Part shown: positions 39,317 to 52,710 of the stretch, in pieces
Position numbering within the stretch: position 1 is the first letter of the stretch
Layout of the letters: every line of letters starts with the position of its first letter
Source: Octopus vulgaris
Taxonomy: Eukaryota
Assembly (NCBI GenBank): GCA_951406725.2
Contig: OX597814.1
Span: 10,044,001-10,108,000, forward strand
Direction: 5' to 3'
Length of the DNA stretch: 64,000 nucleotides
Translations under genes and position numbers: made by a program
The notes under the pieces: generated by a model
Seen by the model: the letters and a program-made list of their open reading frames with translations, nothing else
The model's database searches: none
Told to the model about the DNA's origin: nothing

Positions 39317-42300
39317 GGGACTATCCACAATACACAAGACCACCACAGCAAATAGACCCAAGGTGGACACCACTGGCAACAACACACACATCACCTCGAT
39401 GCTCCTACTGAACATCAGAGGACTGCTAACACTCAGTAACAGGACAAAAATCCCTTTCTTGAGAGACCTTGTTGCATGCAATCAAGCCTTATGCATAGCA
39501 CTTACGGAAACACACCTGAAACCGGATATAGCAGATGCGGAAATACACATACCACAGTATGTTGTATTACGGGCCGACAGAAAAGAAAGGAGTCATGGTG
39601 TAGTTGCTATGTACATCCGCGAGGACCTCACACCCCAGGTCCTTTTGTCATACTCAAATTCGGTGAGTGACACACTAATTGTACATATGAGGCAACTCGG
39701 TGTAGTTATATGTGCTACATATCGCCCTCCAGATGCTCCAAGTCATATAGGCAAGTTTGAGGACTGCCTTACAAAAATAGAATAAGTTCTATCACATTAG
39801 AACAACACATAAGCGTACTTCTTATGGGAGACTTCAATCTGCCCAATGTCAGATGGCCCGAGGGCCTTTCTCTCCCAGGAATGACACGATGCAAACGAGG
39901 ACAGGCGAGGTCCCTCCTGAACCTCATCAACACTCTGTACATGGAGCAAATAATACTCCAACCAACCAGGGCAGGTAACATACTGGATCTCTGCTTCACA
40001 AATAATATGGATCTCATCCATAATGTGAAAGTGACACCGACACTACTCTCGGATCACAACATGGTAGAGCTGACCATGTACGGACCAAAGGAAAGTATGG
40101 ACATGCAGCCTACAAGAAACTCTCAGAATCTTTCCAGCTTGAACTTCCATAAGGCAAACTGGAAACAAATTGAGAAAGAGATCCTCAAACAAAACTGGCC
40201 TAAATGTCTCTCCTCGCCAGACATCGACATGAAACTTCAACAATTCATGTCTGTAATGCAAGCCATATGCTACAAATGTGTCCCAGAGAGAAAGGCCACT
40301 GTACACAAGAACAAAATCCCCAGAGAGAGGAAAATTCTTATGAGACGGTATACAAAAGTTTCAAATCGCCTAAACAAACAAATTGAAAGCAGTGAAAAGT
40401 CCCGCCTGAAAATAAAACTGCTGGAAATTGAAAAAGTCTGCAACTCTCCCATGAAAAAGAAAGAGCAGACAAAGAAGCCTGGGCTATAGACAACATAAAA
40501 TCTAACCCCAGAGCTTTCTACAGGTATGCCAAAGAAACAGCTACGGTGCACTGTAGGATAGGGCCACTCCTTGAAAAAGATGGTACACTCACAGGAAATC
40601 CAATGAGGATAAGTGAAATTCTAAATGAGCAATTCAAAAGTATTTTCACTCGACCCCAAGGGCATTTTCAAGTCAGCAATCCAACTGACTTCTTTACCAC
40701 TGCAGATATAAAATCAGAGGCAACGATGATTGATTACATCAATATAAAGGAAGAAGATGTAATAAGGGCTATAGTTGAAATGAACCTAAACTCAGCTACT
40801 GGCCCCGATGGATTCTCAGCAATCCTTCTAAAAGTATGTAAGAGAGTCCCAGCAAGACCACTGCAGTTCCTCTTTCAGAGCTTCCTTGCAACTGGCAAAC
40901 TTCCAAGAAAACTGAAGGAGGGTAAAATATGCCCTATTCATAAAGGAGGTAGCAGAGCGGAGGCCAAGAACTACAGACCTATCTCTCTGACCTCACACAT
41001 CAGCAAGGTCATGGAACGAATAGTCAGAAGGAAACTAATCACCTTCCTTGAAGAAAATGACTTGCTGCCTGACACCCAACATGGTTTCCGACCAGGAAGA
41101 AGCTGCCTAACTCAGCTCCTACAACACTATGACTGGGTGCTGAAACAACTGCTCAACCACTCAAATGTGGAAGTCATATATCTCGACTTTGCAAAGGCCT
41201 TTGATAAAGTCGATCATGGAATGATATGTCACAAACTGCGTGATCTTGGCATAGTTGGAAAATTGGGAGAATGGCTTCATGACTTTCTGAAGGATAGAAG
41301 TCAGGTGGTAGTACCAATGGGCCACCTCCATACACGCAAATAGTGAGCGGTGTTCCGCAAGGCACTGTTTTGGGACCACTACTGTTCATAATGGCCCTCT
41401 CAGACATGCCCTCAGCCAACAGAGAGCCACGATCACAAGTTATGCAGATGATACAAAAGTTTCACAGGCAATACAGAACCCTGAAGACACTATGCACCTG
41501 CAATGTGAGCTGGACAAAATATACAAGTGGGCTGAAAAGAATAGCATGCAGTTCAATGCTGAAAAGTTTCAAGCTTTATGCTATCAGCATGCAAAACTAA
41601 ATGCAATACCCAATAAATACACTGGACCTGGAGGGATTGCAATCCAAGAGGCACAATCAGTGCGAGACCTGGGTATTTACATGAGTAATGATGCAACCTT
41701 TCATGTGCATGTTGCTAAATTGGCAATGAAATGTAGGCGGCTGACCAGATGGATTCTTAGAACTTTTAGAACAAGAGACCAGGAAACCATGATGGTCCTC
41801 TGGAGGACACTTGTCCTAAGCCACTTTGACTATTGCTCTCAGCTATGGTCACCAACCAGTGTCAAGTTAATCACAGAACTTGAGGCGATCCAACAAAGCT
41901 ACACGAAGAAGATAGCCTCTGTGCAGCATATAAGCTATTGGGAAAGACTCAAGAGATTAAGACTCTATTCCTTAGAGCGTAGGCGAGAAAGATATGCCAT
42001 AATATACATCTGGAAGATCCTGGAAGGACTTGTCCCAAACTTTGGCATCGAGAGTTACACAAATACTAGAACTGGGTGCCACTGCATAGTGCCAAGTGAC
42101 TCCAAATTTGCCATCAAGATGTAGGACAAGATACTGTGATAGCCTGGGCTTCAGAGGTCCACAGCACTTCAATATCCTCCCGAAGGACCTGAGAGACCTC
42201 ATGGGGTGGATGCAGATGTCTTTAAAATAAAACTGGATCTCTTCTTGTCAGGTGTCCCAGATGAACCAACTTCACGGCAGGAGGTGCAGATGAGGGCAGC

Positions 42301-42430
42301 TGCATCGAACTCTCTCATGCACCAAATGTCAATTGCTTAAAAACATTCGTGAAGTAAAATTATGTAGCAACACCGAATGTCGGTGCCTCAGCATGGCCAC
42401 AGCTCGTGAGCTGAAACTTTATAAAAATAT
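39314..42430 (+). mobile_element. CR1-group LINE, near-complete ORF2 (APE endonuclease + RT), inactivated
   Basis: APE motifs LNIRGL, LTETHL, YRPP, GDFNLP, ILDL, SDH; RT motifs NYRPISLTS, QHGFR, YLDFAKAFDKV, SGVPQGTVLGPLLF, YADD (tatgcagatgat ~41441); C-terminal YWERL..L.LYSLERRR; broken by a stop at ~39783 and several frameshifts. Confidence 0.95.
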
Positions 42431-42445
42431 AAATATATACGTAGG

Positions 42446-42790
42446 AGGCGTAGGAGTGGCTGTGTGGTAAGTAGCTTGTTTACGAACCACGTGTTTCCGG
42501 GTTCAGTCTCACTGCGTGGTACCATGTGAGTGGATTTGCTAGACAGAAACTGAAAGAATCCCATCGTATATATATATATTTATATACATATATGTATGTA
42601 TGTGTGTGTATACGTTTGTGTGTCTGTCTTTGTTCCCCCAACATCGCTTGATAACCGATGGTTGTGTCTTTAGGTCCCCGTAACTTAGCGGTTCAACAAA
42701 TAAGACCGAATATCTCTGGGGGTCGATTTACTCGACTAAAGGCGGTGCTCCAGCATGGCCACAGTCAAATGACTGAAACAAGTAAAAGAG
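42446..42790 (+). mobile_element. SINE family B (internal deletion)
   Basis: aggcgtaggagtggctgtgtggtaag...ggcggtgctccagcatggccacagtcaaatgactgaaac. Confidence 0.85.
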
Positions 42791-42814
42791 TATGTGTGTA
42801 TGTGTATATATATG

Positions 42815-43158
42815 GCACTCCGTCGGTTACGACGATGCAGGTTCCCGTTGATATGATCAACGGAACAGCGTGAAGGTGACATTAACGTGCAAGTGGCTGA
42901 GTACTTCACAGACACGTGTACCCTTAACGTAGTTCTCGGGGAGATTCAGCGTGACAATGGCGGGCTCTTTGAAAAAGGGGTACTACAGAAATAGGAAGAA
43001 AGATTGAGAGAAGGTGTGGTGAAAGATTGCAGCAGTGTTCGTCACCACCTACCGGATCCTGGGGTAGCTCTTTTCGCACAATAAACACTGGTCTGAGAAA
43101 CGAAACCGCCATACCACGACCGCGAGTTCGCTGCCCTAACCAATGGGCCATTGCGCCT
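42815..43158 (-). mobile_element. SINE family C
   Basis: Homologous to 755-1133 throughout (gcactccgtcggttacgacg...ccctaaccaatgggccattgcgcc). Confidence 0.85.
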
Positions 43159-43202
43159 CAACAACACACACACACACACACAACATATATATATAAATTT
43201 TT

Positions 43203-43430
43203 TTCTTTATTGCCCACAAGGGGCTAAACATAGAGGGGACAAGCAAGGACAGACAAAGTGATTAAGTCGATTACATCGGCCCCAGTGCGTAACTGGTACT
43301 TTATTTATCGACCCCGAAAGGATGAAAAGCAAAGTCGACCTCGACGGAATTTGAACTCAGAACGTAACGGCAGACAAAATAGGGCTACGCATATCGCCCG
43401 GCGTGGTAGCGTTTCTGCCAGCTCGCCGCC
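43203..43430 (-). mobile_element. SINE family A, full length
   Basis: tttctttattgcccacaagggg...gtttctgccagctcgccgcc. Confidence 0.9.
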
Positions 43431-43438
43431 TACATATA

Positions 43439-43573
<135 letters not shown>

Positions 43574-44224
43574 GTGCGTACGTACGTAGGTATGTATGTA
43601 TGTATGTATGTATGTATATATGTATGTATGTATGTATCATCGCACTGTGTAATATTTATGACATACAGTTTCATTGGTTATTTGATGCAGTCCGTTAAAC
43701 TTCGACCGTCCATATTTATTACTCAGCTGTCGCCATTTGATGCTGGATTCAGAAATACTAGAAAGAGAAAGTGAGCGAGAATGAGATAATGAGCTTTTGT
43801 GTGTGCGTGAGAATGAGAGAGGGAGAGAGAGAGAAAGAAAAAGAGACAAAGGGCGGCAAAGTGTAGAGAGAGAGTTGTTGAGAAAAGTGGGAAAAATGAG
43901 GGAAAAGAAATGGAGGAATACGCAGAGACGAAACTTGAATTGGCGATGTAGTAAGTTTAACGCTTTCTACTCTGGAAAATGTCGATGAAATGTACTAAGA
44001 AGCGGACGTCGGATAATGAGCAAAAGTTATGTGGTGATCATACATTTATTAGTGCCGATATATTCGTCTATTTTTGGTCAGGGCACCGATATATCAACGA
44101 TTGAGCACACATAAATATGAAATCTTGTTCATGAAGCATAACCCTGTACATGCTCTGTAGATCAGAACTATTGAGGAAGAGATTTTTTCCGTTACCTTCA
44201 TGCTATTTTGCTAGTAGCAGAGCA

Positions 44225-44980
44225 GCATTGCTGTGGTTAAGAAGAGTACTTTGCAACCATGTTTTTTTTCGATTTTAGTCCGACTGCGTGGCGCCTTAAG
44301 CAATGTTTCTTCTACTATTGACCTGGGCCGAACAATACCTTGTGAGTGAATTAAGTAGACGGAAACTGTGTGGAAGCCGGTCGTATATATGTGTATTTAT
44401 GTCTGTCTCCTACCACCGTTTGTCAACCGGGTTTGACTTGTTACGTCCCCGACGTTTAACGGATTAGCACAAAAGAAATATAGTATAAACTAGCAGTATC
44501 GCCCGGCGTTGCTCGGGTTTGTAAGGGAAATAATTATATAAGCATTTTTAGAGTTATAGCCCCAAAATAGCAAAAAAATGCATTAAAAATGGAAAAAAAA
44601 TGATGGTAAATTTTTGTTTAAACCGTTGACTCATCGTAGACATTTTTAGAGAGTTACTTCCCTTATATAATAGCGAAAAAATGCATTAAAATGGAAAAAA
44701 CGATGGTAATTTTTTTTTAAATTGTAGACTCATCGTAGACGCGTGCTAATACCCAGAAAGGCTCGATATGAATCACGACTATAAGATACCCGGTTTTTGT
44801 TAAACTGCACCGCAAAATGTGGGAGTAGTTAGGAATCTAAATCGTAGGAGACACACACGCAACTTCTCTTTTATATATAGATATCAGCATTAAAATTCGA
44901 TTTTTTTTCCTCCAAATCCTTCAATGCGGTGCCCAAGCAAAGTCACAATCCAGTCATTAAAACGAGTAAAAATGAAAGAC
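44225..44980 (+). mobile_element. Old SINE family B copy split by a Helitron
   Basis: Head/body at 44225-44489 (gctgtggttaag...tagacggaaactg...acgtcccc) and tail at 44882-44980 (gcggtgcccaagc...aaaacgagtaaaa). Confidence 0.7.
44490..44881 (-). mobile_element. Complete non-autonomous Helitron
   Basis: Minus strand: a|TCTATATATAAAA ... cccgagcaacgccggg hairpin, ~9 nt, CTAG|t; A-T insertion site, no TSD; internal ~100-bp tandem duplication (44543-44740). Confidence 0.85.
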
Positions 44981-45714
44981 GTAAGTTAGATATGTGTTCA
45001 GTGTACTGTTTGCTAAAAGTGTAGGTCGTGATTGGAGAGAGATATATCCAGCAGATCAAATGAATGAATACAGGTCCTATCTCCCTCCTTCCAAATCCAA
45101 GTGGAGAACATTGGAACATTTAGATTACTCAATTTTAGGCATAGACAGTACACTTAGATTATAGATGGTTTGTTAAGTCGGCGGGGTGCAAATCCGATTA
45201 TGCTGGCAGATGTGACCCAATAGAATATTTTCATGTCATCGTCTTATCCCTTAAGAAATTTACTCCTCATTTTTGTGGTATAGAGCTATGAACTACATGA
45301 ATATAACGTTGTGATTACGAAAATAGTAGGAGTTTATTTAGGGTTTTTTCTATCACGATCATAGCGTATTATAATCTGCGTCAAAGTGGACGATTGCAGA
45401 GAAAGAAATTGAGGAAATCAGGTTGAGGAACGAAGGAAATGAGTTGGGATGAATACTTATCGACATTTATAGTAATATAGATACTTATATATTTTTGTGT
45501 GTGAATACTGAGTTTCTTATACTTTAAACTAATTTCTTTCATATATGAATATGTGCACTATAGACTGTGTTGCGTATATAGTTGTTTGTATGCATATGAA
45601 TATGTATGCAAGTATATACTAACATATACGAGTGTGCGCAAATACCCACCACCACCCATACACGTGCATATACATATTGATTTCAAATTTTAGCAGATGG
45701 TCAGCAAGTTTGTT

Positions 45715-45856
45715 CAACTGGTACTTAATTTATCGACCCCGAAAGGATGGAACGTAAAGTCGACCCCAGCAGAATGTGAACTCAGAATATAAAACGGACG
45801 AAATGCCGCTAAGCATTTTGTTCGACGTGCTAGCGACTCTGCCAGATTACCGCCTT
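45715..45856 (-). mobile_element. SINE family A fragment
   Basis: caactggtacttaatttatcgaccccgaaagg...gtgctagcgactctgccag. Confidence 0.75.
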
Positions 45857-46086
45857 CAATCGCATTTACATATTGTTATTCAAATCTTTTGTTGATAACA
45901 AATGTAATATTAAAGTATGCATGAGTCTGAGTGTCCATACTTTGGAGCTTTATAAGCCTTTAAATTTCACACTGACATTGCTATGGACAATGCATAGTGG
46001 AGAAAAGCACTCGTTATTTTAGTGCAGTCACCTAGAAGTTCCGCGGTCCAATCCCAGTGAAGACGCTAAGGTGAATCACAAAACAC

Positions 46087-46135
46087 CTGAAGAAGGCTGG
46101 AGCGTGCACAGCCGAAACATAATGGAAATGTTACA
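46087..46135 (+). ncRNA. Degenerate hammerhead-like motif
   Basis: CTGAAGA a ggctg-gagcgtgca-cagcc GAAA cat...atgt; stem I not formed. Confidence 0.35.
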
Positions 46136-46307
46136 ACCAAGATGAGGACACCCCTCCAACTAATATATAGTATAAAAAGTTTTCATCTCAGAAAATACAG
46201 AATATATTAAGTATAGTTTTTGAAACATTTTGTTCATTTCATAAACGTTGATTTTTATATAATAAAAAAAAAATAATAATATTTATATGTTTATTATTAG
46301 ATTATGT

Positions 46308-46520
46308 AAGGCTGTGAGCTGGCAGAATTGTTAGATTGCCGGGCGAAATGCTTAGCGGTATTTCGCCCGTCGCTACGTTCTGAGTTCAAATTCTGCCGAG
46401 GTCGACTTTACCTTTCATCCTTTTGGGTCGATAAATTAAATACCATTTGAGTACTGGGTTCGATGTAATCGACTATTCCCTTTCCCCATATTTCAGGCCT
46501 TATGCCTATAGTAGAAAGGA
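46308..46520 (+). mobile_element. SINE A2, full length
   Basis: aaggctgtgagctggcagaattgttag...gagttcaaattctgccgagg...tttcaggccttatgcctatagtagaaagg. Confidence 0.85.
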
Positions 46521-46792
46521 GTATTAGATTATATCAGGTATCTCATGAATATTACTCGTAACCTGGATCGCAGTACAACCCATTGCATGGCAAGGTTGTT
46601 GGTAGTTAAACATGCAAACTCGCTAGATTTTGTTAGTACGAAAGGGGATATGTGGACAATAACTGGATGAAAAAAAAACAACAAAGATCAGCCTTCTAAT
46701 AATAAGGATATTATGCATGTGTATAAATGTGAAATTACATGCATGTGAAAATGCACATCGGACAAGTAGAGATTTACTTGTATCCAACGTGG

Positions 46793-47158
46793 TGTAGCCC
46801 CCGGCCAGATTGCATTTTATTAGTTATCCCTAGTGCCCTCATTCCTGTTGATCTTGGATGTCCTGTAAAAGGTTATGAGCCCCGCCTTCCCTTTAGAGAA
46901 TGGAACTCGTGTTCTACAAGAGAACTCGAACGACTTAGAACAAACACGAAGAGTGAGTAGACATTTCGTCGTGGCTGATGTTATCTTTAACACATCTTCG
47001 CCAATAAGACACGAACGCTTTCGCTGTTAACCCTCTCGTGAGATCATGGTAGGGTGAATATAAGTTGTTCGGTGAATATAAGTTGATGACCCCGGGAGGA
47101 GTATCGGTCATGAGATACGAGTATATGGGGAGAAATCCATGGCGGGAGGGACGTTACA
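46793..47158 (-). mobile_element. Possible solo LTR
   Basis: Block bounded by TGTAGC...GTTACA (TG..CA inverted ends) with AATAAA ~25 nt before the minus-strand end; no matching TSD seen. Confidence 0.35.
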
Positions 47159-47243
47159 TCTTATGAATAGATAGGAAGGCAACACAAAATGCGACCAGAC
47201 TCGATAGCGAATTGCAATCCATTTCACACGTCTACACACACTT

Positions 47244-47356
<113 letters not shown>

Positions 47357-47719
47357 CGTACGCACGCACTACACACACATACACACAACCAAAGAAGCAA
47401 GCACACATTAATGGTTACATTTATCTGTATCATTTTCTAAAAATAAACAGAAGCCCACACTGGCTTTGTGAAGAAATGTCTACGACATGTCTCCAATAAT
47501 AGAAATGACATTCTATTGTCGCTAGGATGATGAGAGACAGTGGAATTCTTGTGCGATTTAGAATTCAATTTAAAGCAAATAATATAACGGAACACATTTT
47601 GTTGAATCTACCCTAACCTATTTCTATATTATGTGTGTCTGTGGGAAGAAGTTTACATTATACATATGAGCTTGCAGTTATGTGTGTGCGCGTGCGTGAT
47701 GGTATATATTTTGATTTTT

Positions 47720-47761
47720 CCAGTTTCAGCTAATGAGCTGTGGCCATGCTGGGGCACCGCC
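47720..47761 (-). mobile_element. Isolated LINE/SINE-B 3' tail
   Basis: Minus strand GGCGGTGCCCCAGCATGGCCACAGCT-CATT-AGCTGAAACTGG. Confidence 0.7.
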
Positions 47762-47764
47762 ATT

Positions 47765-47807
<43 letters not shown>

Positions 47808-48220
47808 TTTATATGAGGGTTAACCAGGCAACCAATGGTTTCATATGAAGAGATATTCACAATTGTTCAAGCTTTACACATGGAACTGTTGAAACTTGAA
47901 ACTGTTGATCTATAGTAACCTAGTTCAAGTCTGGATAAAACCAACACGGGCAATCTTTTTGCAACACAAACAGGAAAAAATATACATAACTATCCAAACA
48001 TATATGGACATTAATATAAACATTCTGTTCTGGATCAATTAGAAAATACTCTCTGGTGCACAACCATATCAAGGTAACAACAAACAATTTTGTACTAATA
48101 AATCTTGTCATTTTCTCAAATTTATGGACCAAATTCTGGAGCGAAACTCTACATGCAAGTGCAAAAGCTTAAAAACGCTACAACAACTCAGCCTAACATT
48201 TTTTCTATCGGCTATGCATA

Positions 48221-48303
<83 letters not shown>

Positions 48304-49563
48304 CACGAACTCCCCGCCACCTCCACCTACACCATAAACGACCCCCACAATGTACGTAAAAACACTTTTACAGCTTTACACTAAGCAAGTGCTGTGAAAA
48401 TTATTCTAAAAGTTTCCCTATCGCCCATCGAAATAGCAAAAGTACATACACACGTATGAAAATATATATTTGTATACAAACAAGTTGGGAGACCGTCTTC
48501 TATTTTAATTTTCTTTTTCTCTGCTTTTTCTTTCTTCTTTTAAAAGTTTTAATATTTAAATTACTATTTCAAAATTAAATTTCATTTTTATTCCCATTTT
48601 TATGCATGAATATATACACACTTTAAATAATGCCCCACTTTCGCATATATACAGTGGTCTAATATAGTGTATTATAGAATACGCGTATTTGAAACAGAAT
48701 TGAAGAAAAATATATAAAGACATAGCGCACACATTCTACGTTCATAAAACACAAGGGTTAAAATTTCTACATATTAATCAAATTGCTGATAGAACAATGG
48801 ATCCCAAGAGAGAAACATACTGACCTTTACACCTACCCACATTCTTTTGTGAACTTCAAAGCACATCATAACCAATTTTCTGTAATAACAACACGAGGAC
48901 ATGCCCCACTAATAACCCCCACCTTCCAAATAAAAACAGGAAATACCCTAAATATCAGCAAAAATAAATAAAGAAACTGACCAGCTAAAACATACCACCC
49001 ACTTACATTCTTCTGTGAACGTATTAAAACTTCATTAAAAAATTTGACACACCCAATGACTAAGTTTTTAAATACTGGACTAAACTTTGAACATTCGACC
49101 TCTACATTGTCAAAGCAAAAGATTAAATCCAATAAAACCAAAATGAACAAAAGCTACTATCTTATAGTACCTAAATATTCACACCTACTTACTAAGTTGT
49201 ACATATATGAATAAATTCTAAACATAACCCTAAATTTAATCAATAAAACCTTCTCCAAAACACCTCTCCATAACAACTCGTCCTAAAACTTAATTACCAC
49301 TCCACTCAAACCCACATAACCAAGGTAGATTTTGACTCAACAAAGACTATATGAAGCCGAGGTTAACTTCAATGCATCGCAATATGACGATGACTTAATT
49401 GACCGAAACTTCTTAAACAATATTCTTGGTTAAGATTAATAAATTTGTACTGTACTAAAGTGTAGAGTAACCCATCAGACTGAACATAAACTACTAAAGT
49501 GTAGAGTAAACCATCAAACTGAACATAAACACACACACACACACGCACACACCACACACACAC

Positions 49564-49641
<78 letters not shown>

Positions 49642-52569
49642 TAAGAATCAATACATACTCATGGGGCTTGCTGTTGGAGCCTAGCAGCAGGTATTTAAAG
49701 AGAAAAAAATTTGACAAGACAGTTAGTCGCCCGCTGACACTCGTTGACGCTACATCGAAGAGGCCAGGGAACAGAAGAAAGAAGAAGAAAGAAGACATGC
49801 ACCCAACACCAGAGCTGAAGACACTTCCGAAGTGGGGGGGGGGCACATCAAAACGGTAGAGGAGTAGGGGCCGAAACCGGACGTGGTTCCTCCTGATGAT
49901 GTCTTGAGCTAACTGGATCCTATAAAGGAGCTGTTGTGGTAGCAGACCACGAAGCACGGTTGAAATTCCTCCCCTCCCCCTTCCGAACATTTCATCTTAA
50001 TTCTTAACATTACAATTTCGATCAAGTCATATCTTTACAATTCGACGTGCTTAGAAATCTAGAGCCTTCTAAAAATTATATTAAATTGCTATTAATATTA
50101 CAGAATGGGAAAGGAAGTTGGGGGTGGGGTAAAAACTGGAGCGGTCGCATCTGGAATGCCATTATTTATATCTTGCTTCGTCAAAGCAAGCCTCGGAACA
50201 AACAATATTAGCAACATATGCCTGAGCCAGCAACTGAGTCTTTAAGACCATAATTTTTAATCTACAAAATTTTGTATTTCAGGGAACATTTATAGATTCA
50301 AGATGGGAAATGGTTTTTTGGTTGATGAATGTTTTATTATTGCTCACGCGGTTGTTGCTAGGTTTTTTAATGCTAATTTTGCGGTTGCTAATATTAAAAT
50401 AAGATGACCTGCAGGTAAAACATGGTACAGGAGAAGAATTCCAGAGGAACCACTTTCTACGGAGGAAGAATAGGGTGTGGTGATTAGTTCGGGGTCTATT
50501 GAAGATACGATTGAAGTAGTGCCTATGTAGAAGGGACATCTTAAATATTAGTTAATTTATCAAGCTGTGGAAAATAGTTACGAGTGTTTTCTAAGAATGT
50601 TACTTCAGACACCTTGGCGTCAGCTACGGCAGAAGATATATCTTTCAGCTGTTTAACGCCACGGGGAAAAAAAAAAGTTGTACATCACTCATATGTGACC
50701 TAACCGTTCTGAAACGGTTTAACTAGATTGGTTTGAAAATCATCGAGAGCCAAGGGGTGAATGGTTGAGATATGTCTTGGATTCTTGAAAGATTGGAGTG
50801 ACGCATAGAAAGGCCGCAGTTCTATCTATCAAGCAGAAGATAGTACTCGAAAATATTTTGTATGAATGCTGAAGAAGGTTAAATGCGAAGTTATTTCTAT
50901 TTTTCGCTACTTTGCTTTTTAAAACAAAAGTTTATCGCACGTTGACACACAGAAACTAATATCTATTTTCTTGATAGATAAACATTGTAAGGTGGAGTTA
51001 TATATTACAAAAGGAGGAATTGACGACTGGCCATAAAAACAAAATGTAAATTCACAATTGCAGCGTATCAACTATTTGAATAACGAACTAAAGCAGTTAC
51101 TAAACGTAAAGAAAGCCCAAGCGGGCCGCACTGTGAAATATATCTGTCACATTTGGAAGAGAGCTCTTACTATAAGTTACAAATATCATATTCCTGTAAC
51201 ACGCTCGTTCTGTTGCTAATCCCTGCACCAACCTATTTCAGCTGTAAATCTAGGTAGAAAATGAATTCTGTTGTTGAACCTTGTATCAAGATATTTCTGT
51301 TATTAATTCCCATATTAAAATTATTTCTGTTACTAATTTTCGTATCAAACTATTTCTGTTGCTGAACTAGGTATAAAATAGTGTGTATTATTAAGTTCCG
51401 TATAAAACAATTTTGTTGCTAAACTGTATCCGATTGTTGACAACTAATCGCTCTAAGAACCATAAGTAATAATACATCGTGAGAAAATGTAAACTTGCCC
51501 ATTTTCCTTCGTGTTCTCTGTAATACAGCTTTCTGAAACTCCATTTCATTAATCTCGTTCACCTCATTTCATTAACACATGGAAACATGTAGGATCTACA
51601 GGGAATCACTCAGTTAGGAAAGCAGGTGAAGTGAGATATTGTAATTCTTAATGCTACTTAACTTCTTTATTTCTGATTGCGCAGAATTATGAATAAAGAT
51701 GTTATAAATGCGATCGTCTCATTTAAATGGATATGTAAGATACAGACATGTGCATCCTTTTTTAAAGACAGTATAGCATAAATGGAGTAAGATATGGTTG
51801 TCATTTCTGACTTGCCGAGAGACTGCTTAAAATTCCCTCACTGAAACACGTGATAACAAAGATTAAAGTTGAGTCAGAAGGCGTGTACATAATTGTATAG
51901 CTTTTGAAGTTACGTATACAACAACAAAAAAAGAAACCTTCTTCTCCTCCCCACCAATACAAAATTTACAAGACACATATAATGGCAGAATAGTCACTAA
52001 GACAATGTGTATAATATATAACATTAATTAAAAACCTATGTATAAGAGGTGTACAGGAACTAAGTCAATATGATTGCCAGAACTAAAAATAGTAAAAGAA
52101 TTCTTAAATTGAAGTACCAAAAAGCTTGTCTTTTTATGATATGATATTTCCTGATTTCCGACATGGAATAGTATTTCCCGTAGGTAAAAACTGAACTAAG
52201 CCTAGCACAGCAGCAAGGCCAGCACTTCATTGTAATAATGTTAGTATTCACAGCCGTGGTCTATACAACTGTAATGTGTCGTAGGTACTTACAACTATCT
52301 ATGTTAAATTTGGTATTTGAGAATCGTTTAAGGACTTCGCTTTAAACGAACAAATATACCAACAGTGTTATAAGTTATATGCCGTTGACTTCAAGATTAT
52401 CTGGTAGTCTACGGACTAGGTCAATGTTCCTCAACCGAGATCCGCATAACAATTAAATTCATAATGGATTTAGTTATTAAGAATTATGTACTATAATTCC
52501 GTTATTCTTCTACAATACACAAAATATTTTAATATTTTTTTTCATACAATTCCTAATAATATTGAATAA

Positions 52570-52710
52570 TCTTTTCTACTAAAGGGACAAATCCTGAAAT
52601 TTTGGTGGGAGGAGACCAGTTGATTACATCGATTCCAGTGTTTCACTGGTACTTAATTTATCGACCTCGAAATATGAAAGGCAAAGTCGACCTCGGTAGT
52701 ATTTGAAACA
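52570..52710 (-). mobile_element. SINE A2 fragment
   Basis: cctgaaattttgg...gattacatcg...gaaaggcaaagtcgacctcgg. Confidence 0.7.

Noticed and set aside
46955-47005. GAAA-TG-TC half motif on minus
   Set aside because: No CUGANGA core or stem I
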